Assembly: GCA_028534125.1 (NCBI GenBank)
Contig: CM052816.1
Span: forward strand, 41,666,001-41,730,000
Reading direction: 5' to 3'
DNA length: 64,000 nt
Source: Lama glama
Lineage: Eukaryota
Positions 53,011 through 64,000 of the stretch are shown here, one piece after another. Both the position numbers and the translations under genes were made by a program. Below the pieces are notes generated by a model that saw nothing but the letters and a program-made list of their open reading frames with translations, searched no databases and was not told the DNA's origin. Numbering within the stretch: the stretch's first letter is position 1; the number at the start of each line of letters is the position of its first letter.

Positions 53011-56000
53011 GAGTGCTTCCTCATGTGCTTAGATAAAATCTAATAAATGCTACTAAAAATACTTATTAGTATTCAAAGCCTTTCTCTCCCTGAGTCCAAT
53101 GATTTGGCTAAACTCAGAGGCTGTGCTCCATGTGATATACTGTGGGTACAGGGATAGATGCATTCAACGGAAAAACCCACACAGCTGTCTCAAGCTTACA
53201 CTATTTAGGGATTGTGAGTGTAAAAAGATGAATTAGCATGTGCTACGATCCTAATGGTTCTCCCCAGGCTTCCCATCTTGTCCATTGTCCATGACCAGAT
53301 GCCCACGCTATAACACAAAGGGTAACAAAGGAAGGGTGCAGAAAATGAAAGGCACTATTATACTGCTGATAATGGGGGGAAGGGGGGTCTGAGTTTAAAT
53401 TGCTTTGGCAATCCTAACCCTGTATTTCCTGGTTCTGATGCAACTGAAACCTCAACTTTCTCATATTACAATGGTTTATATAGTATATTTATAGATACCC
53501 TGAAGAAGTATATGATAAAGCTGTGTTTTATGGTTGGAGTAAGTAAGCAGCTGGATACCACTTTGTTTGACTTGTACAGAAGAGTGGAAGTTCAAACATA
53601 AACTGAAATGACTACTCCTTTGTTTAGCTATCATAGACTGTTTCTTTATCACGGTCACATGAAATCCACTGGAAAATGGAGACGTAATAACAAACTTAGC
53701 ACCAAACTCCATTATAATAAGTATTGCTCCAATGTATAATCCCCATATTGGTATCTGTTTAGATGCAAGGTAAGGGGAATAGCTTTCTCTAGTCCACTTT
53801 CTGTTTAATCGCTTGGAGATTGCTTAAGGCACATTCAAAATAAATACTTAAGGAGCACTCAACACACAAAAGCTCTCCAGTGTTCCCATTCTGGCTTTGA
53901 GGATGAATAATCTCTGACAATCTTTACCCCTCCACCCCACGTTGCCAAGCAGCCCTCAGAACAAGACTTTACAGTAAAATGATGTGCATCCCCTGCAGTT
54001 GCCTTATATTTGGCAAGAGTAAATAGATTAAATCAACCCATTTAACGACAAAAGCCACTAAACAATTTTAATTCAAGAATCTCGGATTGGACCTCACATT
54101 TTCTTATGTAAAATGAAGTGCAAACATTTTTTTACCAAACAAGTTTCTATTCTACTTGAGAGGAATCCTGTGCAGCTGTCAATAAAATTTTTTTTATCTT
54201 TGTGAATGTGGCCAGTCATGACAGAGTGCTTCCAATAACGAGATTAAGAAAGTCAAATAAGAACCCCAATGAAACAGTGGAAAATATTGAAATTTCAGAC
54301 TTTCCTCATCACATTTCTGATTTCATACAATAAAAAGCATGACTCTGTTCAAGTTAAATATTCTAGCCTTGATTGCTGGATATCAGAATAACTGTTAATT
54401 TAAAGTGTTATCAGATTACCAAACACTTGCAATGTTTGCTTGAGTGACAATTTTACAGTTGGTGTACTGAAATATAGTCTGCTTAGCAACTAATATTAAG
54501 CAGAAGAAAATGTCCTATGTCATGGTTGTGAAAACAGGTGAAGGGTATCTGGAAAAAATTTTACTCTAAAAAGGAAGACAAAAGTTGTCTTCAAATGAAC
54601 AGCTTGAACCTAAAGTATGTTATCCTAATAAAAACAAACAACTTTCTATTTCTAAAAGTTGTACGTATTCCAACAAAAACAAACTTAGTTTAAGCTACCA
54701 GGGCAAACTAATTGAGTTAGAATAATTTTTCTTCAAAGAATGTTATTTAAATCTAAGGACACTTGTATTATTTTAGTAATCTATGCTATATTTTGATTCC
54801 TCCGTACTAGTGGTGGGCAAACTGGTTTATACAATCTTTTAAAGTGTTTACTCAAACATAAACGGTAGGAAAGAGTTAAAAAAAATTGAAAGCATTTTTA
54901 CCTTTTTTGACTTTTGCAGAAACTATATTTTAGACTCTTTAATTTTAGACTTTCTAATGAACAAAATGAAGAATGGCCACGTCTGCACAGTAACTAGGCA
55001 CGAGTCTCTGGGGTCTTTCATGATGACCTCTATGATGTACTGGAAGCCCGAGTGAGGATAAGTGACAGCGTAATTCCCAGGCTTTAGATGGTACAGAGCA
55101 TGTCAGCAGTGGTCCCTGCAACTCAAGATTCTGTTTATTTATTTTTAACCCAAATAAAAATTCTCATGACTCATTTCACACCGATTCTTTTGTTTCTTCT
55201 GAATAATTTTGGCAGCAACGGACTTTAAGAAAAAATAGGTTTTTTTTTTTTTTAAAGTTAACACTATTTAAATTAAACCACCATCTAGTGTAGAAATACA
55301 AAAATCTATCTTTTGTTGGTTTGAAAATACTGGAAAAATGTGTTTTCACCGTTTAAACAGACTTGGAGGTCATTCAGGTTCATCACCAGTGAATAAAGTT
55401 AAACTGCTATTTTAAGGGTTTTTTCCCCTGATATCTTCTACCTAACATGTTCCAGGTTCTTTTTCCCCTTAAGTTATTCAGTTTTGACTCAAATACCGTT
55501 ATCAGCCTGGTACAGAAGCTCCCAAAGAATGATTCATTCATTTAGTGGCCTCTGTCTTCTTTCCAGGCAATGTTAAGAGGAACAATTGTTGGGTCTCTTT
55601 TCTGTGCTATTCTTTTGCTCAGTGGGAACAAAGTGGCCTCTGCACCTCTCAGCCTAGCCTGCCCCATGTTAGCCCTCCCTGTCTAGTGTGAGAGAACAAA
55701 GAGGGATGATGAGCCTGAGTACACCTTCTTCCACTCAGATGTGCACAGCTGGGAAGGCAGGCAGGGAAGTTCTGCTCACAGACCACACAAAGTACTCCCC
55801 AGCAGGCTGCAGCTGTGACAAGCCAGCAATTCCTCCCTCGACACCCAAGGCACATATTTCATAGTCTAAGAATAGATGTGCTTACACTGATCAAGAGTAG
55901 GGGGAGCTGACAGTTACCCTCATATGGCTGGGGCTCAGATGCGTAAAGATGTCAAGAGATCTGGTTTTAATTGAAATGCAAGCATTTGCCATGTGGGATT

Positions 56001-58065
56001 CTACACACAGGGCCATCTTGCTTTATATGGTCAACAGCATATGTTTTGGCAAATTAAAATAAAGCAAAACAAAAACAGTGAATATGGGCTGCAACAAGAA
56101 CTTATCAGGAACTCTAGAGAAAAATTATATCTACTGAATGCTATGCATAAACATGATATTTATATGTTTGATTGCTACATAGATTGAACATGACTTTTGA
56201 AAAATATTCCACAATTCACTTTTGTTTTATTCCCTTGTAGAGGGGTAATTCTCTCAGAGATAGGTTTTTCTTACGATTGAAATGTTAACGACTGGTAAAA
56301 CACTTTGGTTGTTTCTGATTACTCATTTGGCATTAGGATTACTTCTTTGAGAAAGTCTGAACAGTAAAACAAAACTGCTACAATATTTTTATTATCACAA
56401 TACCGCAAAGTAAACACTGAGAACTGACTCACCATCCAAGTGATGTAGAAAGATCAAAGAAGCCCCGTATCATAATTTAACCTTAAGTGAAGGTTTGTGT
56501 GGAGATAATAATTAGGATCCCAGGTCAATCTTAAGATACATCTTACTTAGTCTGTTTCTCCCTTTCAAGTTTTAAAATATAAAGCCTTCTTTGGTAAATT
56601 AGTCCAGATGTGGGCTTAGAATAAAAGCCAAGTTTCATTAGGAAATGGTACTTGTTTTTAATTTCTAAGCGGTCTGTATTTTCTCTTGACAAAACACGAG
56701 ACCTCTGTGTTTGCAGGCTCACTGCTGGCATGTGGACTGGCCTGAAATCTAGCAGTTCTGTTCTTGTCTTTTTGCAGTCTCTTAGTAAAAATGTTTTTAG
56801 GAAAGTATATTGCAAGATAAAAGGTAAATACATTTTGGGTAGGGTGAAAAACTTCAGGCTTTATTATTGGTAAAGGAATTGCTGCACCCTTGGATATAAT
56901 AGGTTATGTCTGTGCCCTGGCAGAAGGTGGAGTTTATAGTTGAAGTAGTGTCCTTCCTTGCCCTGTACTGCTGAAATCTCACCTGGCCACCCACTTTGCC
57001 TAGACATAAAGCAGACTACATAAACAGAGAAGGTGATAGACATGCCAAATAATTATCTTACCTATCTGCACATTGTTGACTAATTTGGTGATTAATTAAA
57101 AGCTCTGTATAGGGATCATCATGATCCAAGTCTGGATAAACTTGATATTCAGCTTCTGGGAGGTTGTGAGAACGTGTTCTAGATTGTTCTCACACCAAAG
57201 GTTGGGTGCTTTCCTGAGAGGCTTCCTTGTTTGCCCAGAAGAATTGAGGGCACCTTCAGGAAACCTCATCTTACCTGTGCAACCCTTGTCAGACTGCCAA
57301 CTGGGGGAGACAGGGATAGATCTATAGTTACTGCTGCAAAGGAATTTTAATTATAAATCTAAGTGTTCCTTAAATTTTGCCACTGGTGACTCAGGCATAC
57401 CCACACTTGCTTCCTTTGTCCAAAGAAGAGGCAAAGTCCCTAAATATCACAAGCTGCCACAGAAGAGAGCAAAGAGGGTCACCTGGTCAAAAGGCCAGTA
57501 AAACCTAGCTACAACCAAACCGTCTTCCCTCATGGTTAGTGTGGAGCTCTGGGACAGCACCCTCACCCTCGCCATCCATTGATACCAGAGAAGCCTCAAT
57601 ACCCTCCCTTTCCTTTTGCTCACCTCACAATTAGGACCTGGATTTGACTTCTGGAGTCTGGTACTGTTCAATTACTGGATTCTTGTCTTTAAAACTCACT
57701 CTTGTCATCATTGGTTCCCTGGCATCAACTCCCTTCTGACCACTTTATCTTAGACCTCTGCCATCGAATCCTTTCCTGACCACTTTCTCCTGAAAGCTTT
57801 GTTTCTCACTGTTGGTCACCTAATCTAGCACTAGAAAAACTGGAGTCAGAGCCTCCCCAGGGAACTACCATGCAGGACACATCCTGGTCAGAATCTCTGG
57901 CTGGGGATTAGCAAGATCTCAAATCTTGTAAAAGGAATCTGAGTAGACGAGTCAGGCCTTCAGCAGGAGGGCACGTTGGGAAGCAGATGTCTTGGTGTTC
58001 CTGAAATTATATGAGTGTGAGAGTGTGCGAGTGATGACTATGAGTATGTAAAGGTGTGTAAGTGC

Positions 58066-58068
<3 letters not shown>

Positions 58069-58096
<28 letters not shown>
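58069..58096 (+). repeat. (TG)14 microsatellite
   Basis: Read directly. Confidence 0.95.
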
Positions 58097-58098
<2 letters not shown>

Positions 58099-59156
58099 AG
58101 TGGGAACTAAGTATGACAGGAAAACCTTTGCTGAGCAAAGTCTGAGAGAACTGGTCCACCCGAGGATCTCTTGGCTGAAAGACAAGTGACTCAGCTTCCA
58201 ATTCTGCTGCTCCTGCCACCTCTCTGGACAACCCAGAGCGAGCCACCATGTCTTCTGGACCAGAGCTTTTATAGCCAAAAAAAGAAAAGTGCTATATGAA
58301 GAGTACGACAAATGCCTTATACTGCAAAAAGTATGTACTGTAGAATCACCACTGTGATTATCTTCAGACTAGCAGTGTATTAGAAGTCGCACCTAGAGCT
58401 GGAAACAGGAGGTTCTGGCTTAGAAACTCAGAGGCAGGCTCAAGCCCCCCTGTCATACACTTTTTGGGTTTTGGTAAAAACACTATAGGAATGGAGACTG
58501 AAAGATCACCAGCCTCGCCCTGGCTGAGAAGAGGACAGCTACAGGAGTGATGTCCAGAGCAATGTGAGCACCCGATGTCCCTCTGCTGGTCCCTTGGCTG
58601 AAACATCCCCCTCTTAAATTCTCCTGAGACCAAGACATGGAAATAAACTCAGCTCCCTCTCCTACTGATTTAAAAAAGTGCCTCGACTCTTTAATACAGA
58701 GAATTGGGTGAACAGGAGACGTGGTGTGCCATTTTAGTTTGAGAGTAAATGTAACAGGCCCCCGAGTAGCCTCCATCAATTCTAAACAAGAGAACAAGCT
58801 TGGTGCACCTCGCTTCTCCCGCTGACCATACTGATGGCTTTCCTAGGTTTCTACATAGAAGGCAGGCCCCAGAAACGACAAACATTAGGTAATTCTCTCT
58901 TTTCTGGGTGCTAAAAATAAATCACAATTTAACAGCAGTGCTACCTAAAGACTTGAACCAAAACCAGAAACAAATGTAAAACATCACCTCTTTGCAAAAG
59001 GAATCATTAATAAGTTCATAGCTGTCCATTCTAACTCAGACTGGGCAATGGGATGATTGATTTATAACTAACACAGATGAAAGAGAAGCAAATCTTTAAA
59101 GGAAATATACTGGAAAGTCATAACCTACTATCCCCATCAATGGAAACTCACAGAGC

Positions 59157-59320
59157 ATTAGAACAAGAAAGGGGTTTAGAGATGAACCAGAACAAGTAAG
59201 ATGAAGACTGAGGAGACAGAGACTCAGAGAGGGAAACTGACTCCCACAGGATCCAGCAGCTTAGGGCTGAGTTTCATCGCCTGTCTCCCAGACTGGTGCC
59301 TCTGCCACTACTGTATGCCA
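59157..59320 (-). mobile_element. MIR/MIR3 fragment
   Basis: TGAGGAGACAGAGACTCAGAGAGGGAAACTGACT...CTCTGCCACTAC. Confidence 0.5.
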
Positions 59321-59686
59321 CTCTGCTGTTTGCTGTATTATTTTCTTTAGGAAAGTCAAATATTTTCTCAGCATTGATTTTTAAACAGAAATTACTGTAG
59401 CTCTTTCAATATCCTTTTTAAAGTTCCCTCCTTGGGTCTGACACCTGTTTCCAAGCAGGATTTCCCACCTGCCCTCTCCCCTTGACCGCAGACTTCCATG
59501 TGCGTACAGGCCCCCAGCCCTGCCTCTTGTCTTACCTAGACTCCCTCGGCCGAACCAGCAGCTTGTTTTGCTCTCCTAGTGTCCCAATGCCCTCTTTTCT
59601 TTCTGCAGTCATATGGTAGCATTTCTAGGTCCTGAAATCTCCACTGCACATACCTCAATTTTCCTGACTTCCAGAGTCATCTATAT

Positions 59687-59872
59687 CCATGGCTCTCGAA
59701 GTGTGGTCCACTGGCTAGCAGCATCACATTACCTGGGAACTCATTAGAAATGCAAATGCTCAGGTCTCAGACCACATCTACTGTCTCAGAAACTCTGGTG
59801 GTGAGGCCCAGCAATGTGTTTTAATGAGCCCTCCAGTTGGTGCTGACCCTTGCCCAAGTCTGAGAACCACTA
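59687..59872. mobile_element. hAT-Charlie MER5A
   Basis: TGGCTCTCGAAGTGTGGTCC..CAGCATC..ACCTGGGAACTCATTAGAAATGCAAAT..CAGAAACTCTGG..GGCCCAGCAAT..TGAGAACCACT, about 185 bp. Confidence 0.85.
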
Positions 59873-59904
59873 ATTTACTAACCTACCTTGTCTTCTGGTA
59901 ACAT

Positions 59905-60136
59905 GAGCTCAAGGGGAGAGCTCTGCAGAGGACTACTTGTGTTCAGTTCCTGCTTTCTGGCTGTGTACTTTGGATAAATAACTTAACCTCTCTGTGTCTC
60001 ATAGTCCTCATCTGTGAAATGGGGCTAATAATAGACTTTGCCTCAGAGATTTGTTGTGGGGATGAAATGATACAAGGTAAGTATGTAATATACTTAGCAC
60101 AGAGCAAAACCTAGAAAATGCTCAAAAATATTAGCA
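59905..60136 (+). mobile_element. MIR
   Basis: ACTTAACCTCTCTGTGTCTCA..CCTCATCTGTGAAATGGGGCTAATAATAG..CTTAGCACAG. Confidence 0.75.
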
Positions 60137-61949
60137 CTTACTCTTTCATAAGATAGTTCTACTCACAACCCCACACGATACATGAGTCACTTTCCACATC
60201 ATACTCTTATGCAACTTCTAAGCAAATATTAATCATAGTGAAATCACATTACTCAAGAATATAAATTACATCTAAATCAGGTCTTGATATTATCAATATC
60301 TATGAAGTTACTTTTATGTTGGCATTTAAAATAGTTACATGAATTCTTAATTTGTATATTTCAACAGTCAATAAAAACGATGACATAGTACCAACTCATA
60401 AGAATCAGTTTAGAGAAAGCTTTTTATTGCAACATAGGAGTAAACCCAGAAAATGGTTTGCAAGTTTGTTCTTGTAGCAGCTGATACCCTTAAAGGAACA
60501 CACACAAATTTGTTACTAATAATAAAGCACCCTGGTCTTTTTCAGTCTAGGACAACTGTAAACTTGCCTGTGCAGAATGTCTTTGAGGCATAAAAGAAAA
60601 CTCAACAGATGGAACAGGACCCCACAAGCAACTCTTCAAACCTGAATCATGCATTTTTCTTGCATGTAAATATCATTTCATGTTAATTGATACTACTAAG
60701 CATGCACTCATGATTGCTGCTATGCTAGCAATTATCATAAAGAGATGAGTTCATGGTATTTCACATGTAAAATGATCCCTATGTATATATTTTAAAAAAA
60801 TATAAAGTTGTGGAATCCCTTTATGGATAAGGTTTCCTCACCCAGTGCTAAAGTGTAATTTATTTCCCTCCCAAACAGATTTCAAATCCTTTTAAATATC
60901 ATATGCTATACTTTAAATTAAAAAATCAAAATACTAGATACATCATTGCTCTCAACTGAATGAAGAGTGCCATTAATTAGCAGAGAGCTTTATATGTGAT
61001 ATCCACATTTAAATGAGCTATTATTTTCTGGGATGAGCATTTAGTTGGTGGCTATTGCAATTTTAAAGCTCATGTTACTTGGAATGTACGTACAGCGCAT
61101 AGTCCTGGTGAAATGTTTCAGGCCAATAGTGAAAAAAAAAGTCCGCCCAGAAGGGACCATTTTTAAAATAGGTCAAAAACTGTATGTGCGTAGCATTTTT
61201 TGGCAAGTCGGTGGTAAGGTCCTCAGCTGTGAATATCCTGGACATAAGGTTATGCAATTGTGGTTAAAGAAATACAGTGGTTTATAATTTAATTCCTAGC
61301 TGACCCAATTTCCATTCATATAAAATATGCTTTGGGGCAGTCGTCAGGAGACCACTTTGACTTTGGTTTAAATGGAATTTCCTTGCCTTTTATGACATTT
61401 CAAATTTTCACTAAAAGATAGAAGAATTCCACAAAACAAATAGCTTAAACAGGTAGAAAAATGTGCAGGTAAAGTTTTACAGTGTATCATCAAAGTTTCG
61501 TATGCAGTAGTTAAGTACAAGGTATTATAGAACAAGAAAATAAACATAATGAAGTAGAAACTACAGAAAAACAAGTCTAAAAGTCAGACGTGAATGAGAG
61601 TGGCTCCATTTGGAGGACACAGTTATAAGCACAGTTGTATGAACTCTTTCTCAGTCACTGTAATTTTGGCCCCGAAATCACCCTGTTTAGTGCTAAAGAG
61701 CAGATCTGGAAATGAGAAATTCTCATTCTGGTCCTGTGACACTTGCTAAGATGCCCACAATTCTCTTTGGCCCACTGTTCTTTTATAGGGTTAATTATTG
61801 TTAATTTTATTAATAGTCATCTTGTAATAAGGAATCTGTACTCAGATTCCCACTGTGAAATCAATCCTTTTAAAAAATAACAGAACCACTGTTAAGATTA
61901 AAACACTGAGAGGATAATGGAATCAAAAGAGCTAAAACAGCTCTGCTAT

Positions 61950-62290
61950 AAAAGAACAGATTTATAAAAACAAATAGTGCCAGACAGTCTTGATAGCATT
62001 TTCAATAGAATTAAAAACTTAGTGAACACAATGAATGTACCTTAACACACATATATTTATATTTTTGTAATGCATTTGATACAGTATCTCAATAAATCTT
62101 ATTTGCCAACCTAATTAGCATTGGCTTTGCTATGTGCTCTGTCACATGGACTGAGAACTGGCTGGAGGACAAACCCTAATGACTTAGGGCAATGTGTTGA
62201 CTATAGGGTCAGTGAGAGGTCTGGTTTTGCTTAATGTCTTTATTAATGATCTGGAAGAAAGAGTAAATAATTCTTGAATGAAATAATAAT
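61950..62290 (+). mobile_element. CR1/L3 LINE reverse-transcriptase remnant
   Basis: From 62051: IYLYFCNAFDTVSQ*ILFANLISIGFAMCSVTWTENWLED (CR1 VYLDFSKAFDTVSH...WIENWL). After a deletion: GSVRGLVLLNVFINDLEE (CR1 GSVLGPVLFNIFINDL). Confidence 0.75.
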
Positions 62291-62349
62291 TTAATGACAG
62301 GCACATGGGCTAACTAGATAACATAAGAAGTAAGCACCAGCTGCAGGCT

Positions 62350-62450
62350 TGCTACTGATTTGAAGGAGGCCAGTCACTTGATCTTTCTGAGTCTGTTTCA
62401 CCATGTGGAAAATGGAGATAATGGCTTGTGAGAAAGCAAAGATAAGATTA
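62350..62450 (+). mobile_element. MIR fragment
   Basis: AGTCACTTGATCTTTCTGAGTCTGTTTCACCATGTGGAAAATGGAGATAAT. Confidence 0.45.
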
Positions 62451-62724
62451 CATGATTTCAAATACAAAGTATGATAATACTCCCTCTGATAGTATTTGGT
62501 GCTTATCTACTGCTTATAACACTTGGTAGGAGTCACCTGAATATGGCAGAACATGGGGTAGGGCCAGTATCAGAGAGGAAGAGAACAACTCTGTCAAGGG
62601 ACAACATGTTTGGAGGACAAATGGCTAAAATGCCCTAAAAAGGGCATTGTAAATGGGTGGAGGAAACTCAGGGAGAATAGGAAGCTGAAGAAGCAACACA
62701 ACCCTTTGTGGGGAAACAGGGAGA

Positions 62725-62901
62725 CCCGCCCCGTGCTGCCCACTTTTTATTCTTCTGGTTGTGCACACGGTACTTTCTGGTACAGTGTGCAAAGAGGATG
62801 TGTTTACCCTTAAGTACTCCTTAATTCCTGTTCAGTTTGTATATAAAATATGTGAGATATTTAAATGCAACGTAGAAGTCAGTAAACTGTTTCAGGTAAA
62901 A
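62725..62901 (+). promoter_or_regulatory. Candidate Pol II promoter (GC box, two inverted MRE cores, TATA, downstream splice donor)
   Basis: CCCGCCCC at 62725, TGCACACGG at 62762, GTGTGCA at 62785, TATATAAAA at 62840 and CAG|GTAAAA at 62895/6. Motif evidence only. Confidence 0.3.
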
Positions 62902-63188
62902 CCTCACCAGTGATTATCTTGGTAGAGTTGCTTCTAGTCTGATGTAGTGTTAGGAACAGTTTTCTTGGTTTATACAAGGCAGTTTGCTAGAGGGAGGTAG
63001 CCTGGGGGTGGTGGCAGTGCTCATTTACATAAATGATGAAGCTAAAAAGATTTTTTCTCCACTGAAATATGATTATCAAACAGACCAGAATTCTTGTGAC
63101 AGCTGAAGAGTATTGTTTTTTTTTTTTATAGCAAAGAATCTCAGGAACCAAATTAACATTAGATCACTAGTTCTCTCACTAGTAAAGC

Positions 63189-63337
63189 AGGTTTGCCCAA
63201 ACTAGCCTGATCCTAAGTATTTTCCAGGAGGGCTTCTTAAAAACCTAGATCTCTGTATCTCACTCCAGACTCACCAAAGCAGAATCCCCAAAGTAGCCAG
63301 AGTAACTGTTATAATTATACAAGTGTGAGAAACCTCA
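63189..63337. mobile_element. hAT-Charlie MER5-like
   Basis: CAGGTTTGCCCAAACT...TTAAAAACCTAGAT...CAAGTGTGAGAAACC. Confidence 0.5.
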
Positions 63338-64000
63338 AGGTTGGGTAAAGGGAACTGGATTGTTCCAAACAGTTGTCTAATCAATCTGTGATATGCTGAT
63401 GAAATGCTATCTACTGAAGTATGGTCCTTCCAAGCTGACCCAATATTTATATTGACTTATTAGGGCTTTTTTTTTTCCCTGCATAGAACCAAAGATTGCA
63501 TAGAAAATAGAATAGTTTATTGTTTGTTCAGTTTTCCATCACAATTAGCAAAACCTAAGTTACTACTTGAGAATCTCCTTTTATAATTTTTTCTAAGTGT
63601 AGTTTATTTTTCATGAGTTACTTATTTTTTAATTCATTTACAATTTATATCCCGCCTGTTTCCAAAAAAAAGTTTGAGGACTATATCTCAAACTGTGTTT
63701 TCAACAGAGGTTGAGGAAAAAAACTTTGGAGTCCTTGATGTGACTGGGGTGGGGGTCTCATCAGCAACATTCTTAGGGCACTGAGACTGAAATTCATGCC
63801 TCCCTCCCTTAAAACAGCATTCTTTATGCTAAGCCACAGATTTTAATTTACTTGGGAGACAAAGCAATACAAAACAAGGCAAAAATACAATGAAACATTA
63901 GCTGTGTGCTCTGGTAGAACTGTAAAAATGGCAAAAAGTTAGAGGGAGACTAAGCAGGCACTCCCAAACAGCACATTAGGGTCCTCTTTACATAAGAATC

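Noticed and set aside
54960..55117. Minus-strand terminal exon candidate (..TTADMLCTI*)
   Set aside because: The putative acceptor lacks a polypyrimidine tract and the peptide is not recognisable.
35443..58633. Peptide EFKRGM shared by ORFs 35443-35652 and 58364-58633
   Set aside because: There is no extended nucleotide or protein similarity around it, so it is treated as coincidence.
57165..61727. Short palindromes (57165-57194; 61711-61727)
   Set aside because: Arms of 8-9 bp are expected by chance in 64 kb of AT-rich DNA, and the spacing does not fit canonical GRE or HSE motifs.
1..64000. The supplied ORFs (60-129 aa) as genes
   Set aside because: They are short, many use non-ATG starts, and many are low-complexity or lie in repeats. 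The only recognisable peptides are L1 ORF2 remnants (2225, 12334, 37250, 38248). No multi-exon gene structure could be assembled.

Overview
AT-rich mammalian genomic DNA, not prokaryotic. A tRNA-Ala-derived SINE of the camelid (vic-1-like) type at 46758-46928 points to a camelid genome (camel, alpaca or llama). I found no convincing protein-coding gene. The ORF track is noise except for decayed L1 ORF2 fragments. The window looks intergenic or intronic and is dominated by decayed transposable elements (L1, L2, MIR, CR1/L3, MaLR/ERVL LTRs, hAT and Tigger DNA elements). The best-supported unusual structure is a three-layer nest at 37.1-39.6 kb: an L1 carrying an ERVK-like solo LTR (4x15-bp U3 repeats, 6-bp TSD) and a 91-bp younger L1 tail (14-bp TSD). 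More speculative leads are a GC-box/inverted-MRE/TATA promoter-like module at about 62.8 kb, a TE-poor AP-1-rich block at 51-60 kb, a tandem forkhead site pair, and a 36-nt in-frame micro-exon candidate. Repeat family names come from recalled consensus motifs, not database searches, and boundaries of old repeats are approximate. I cannot support any claim of a novel multi-gene system here.
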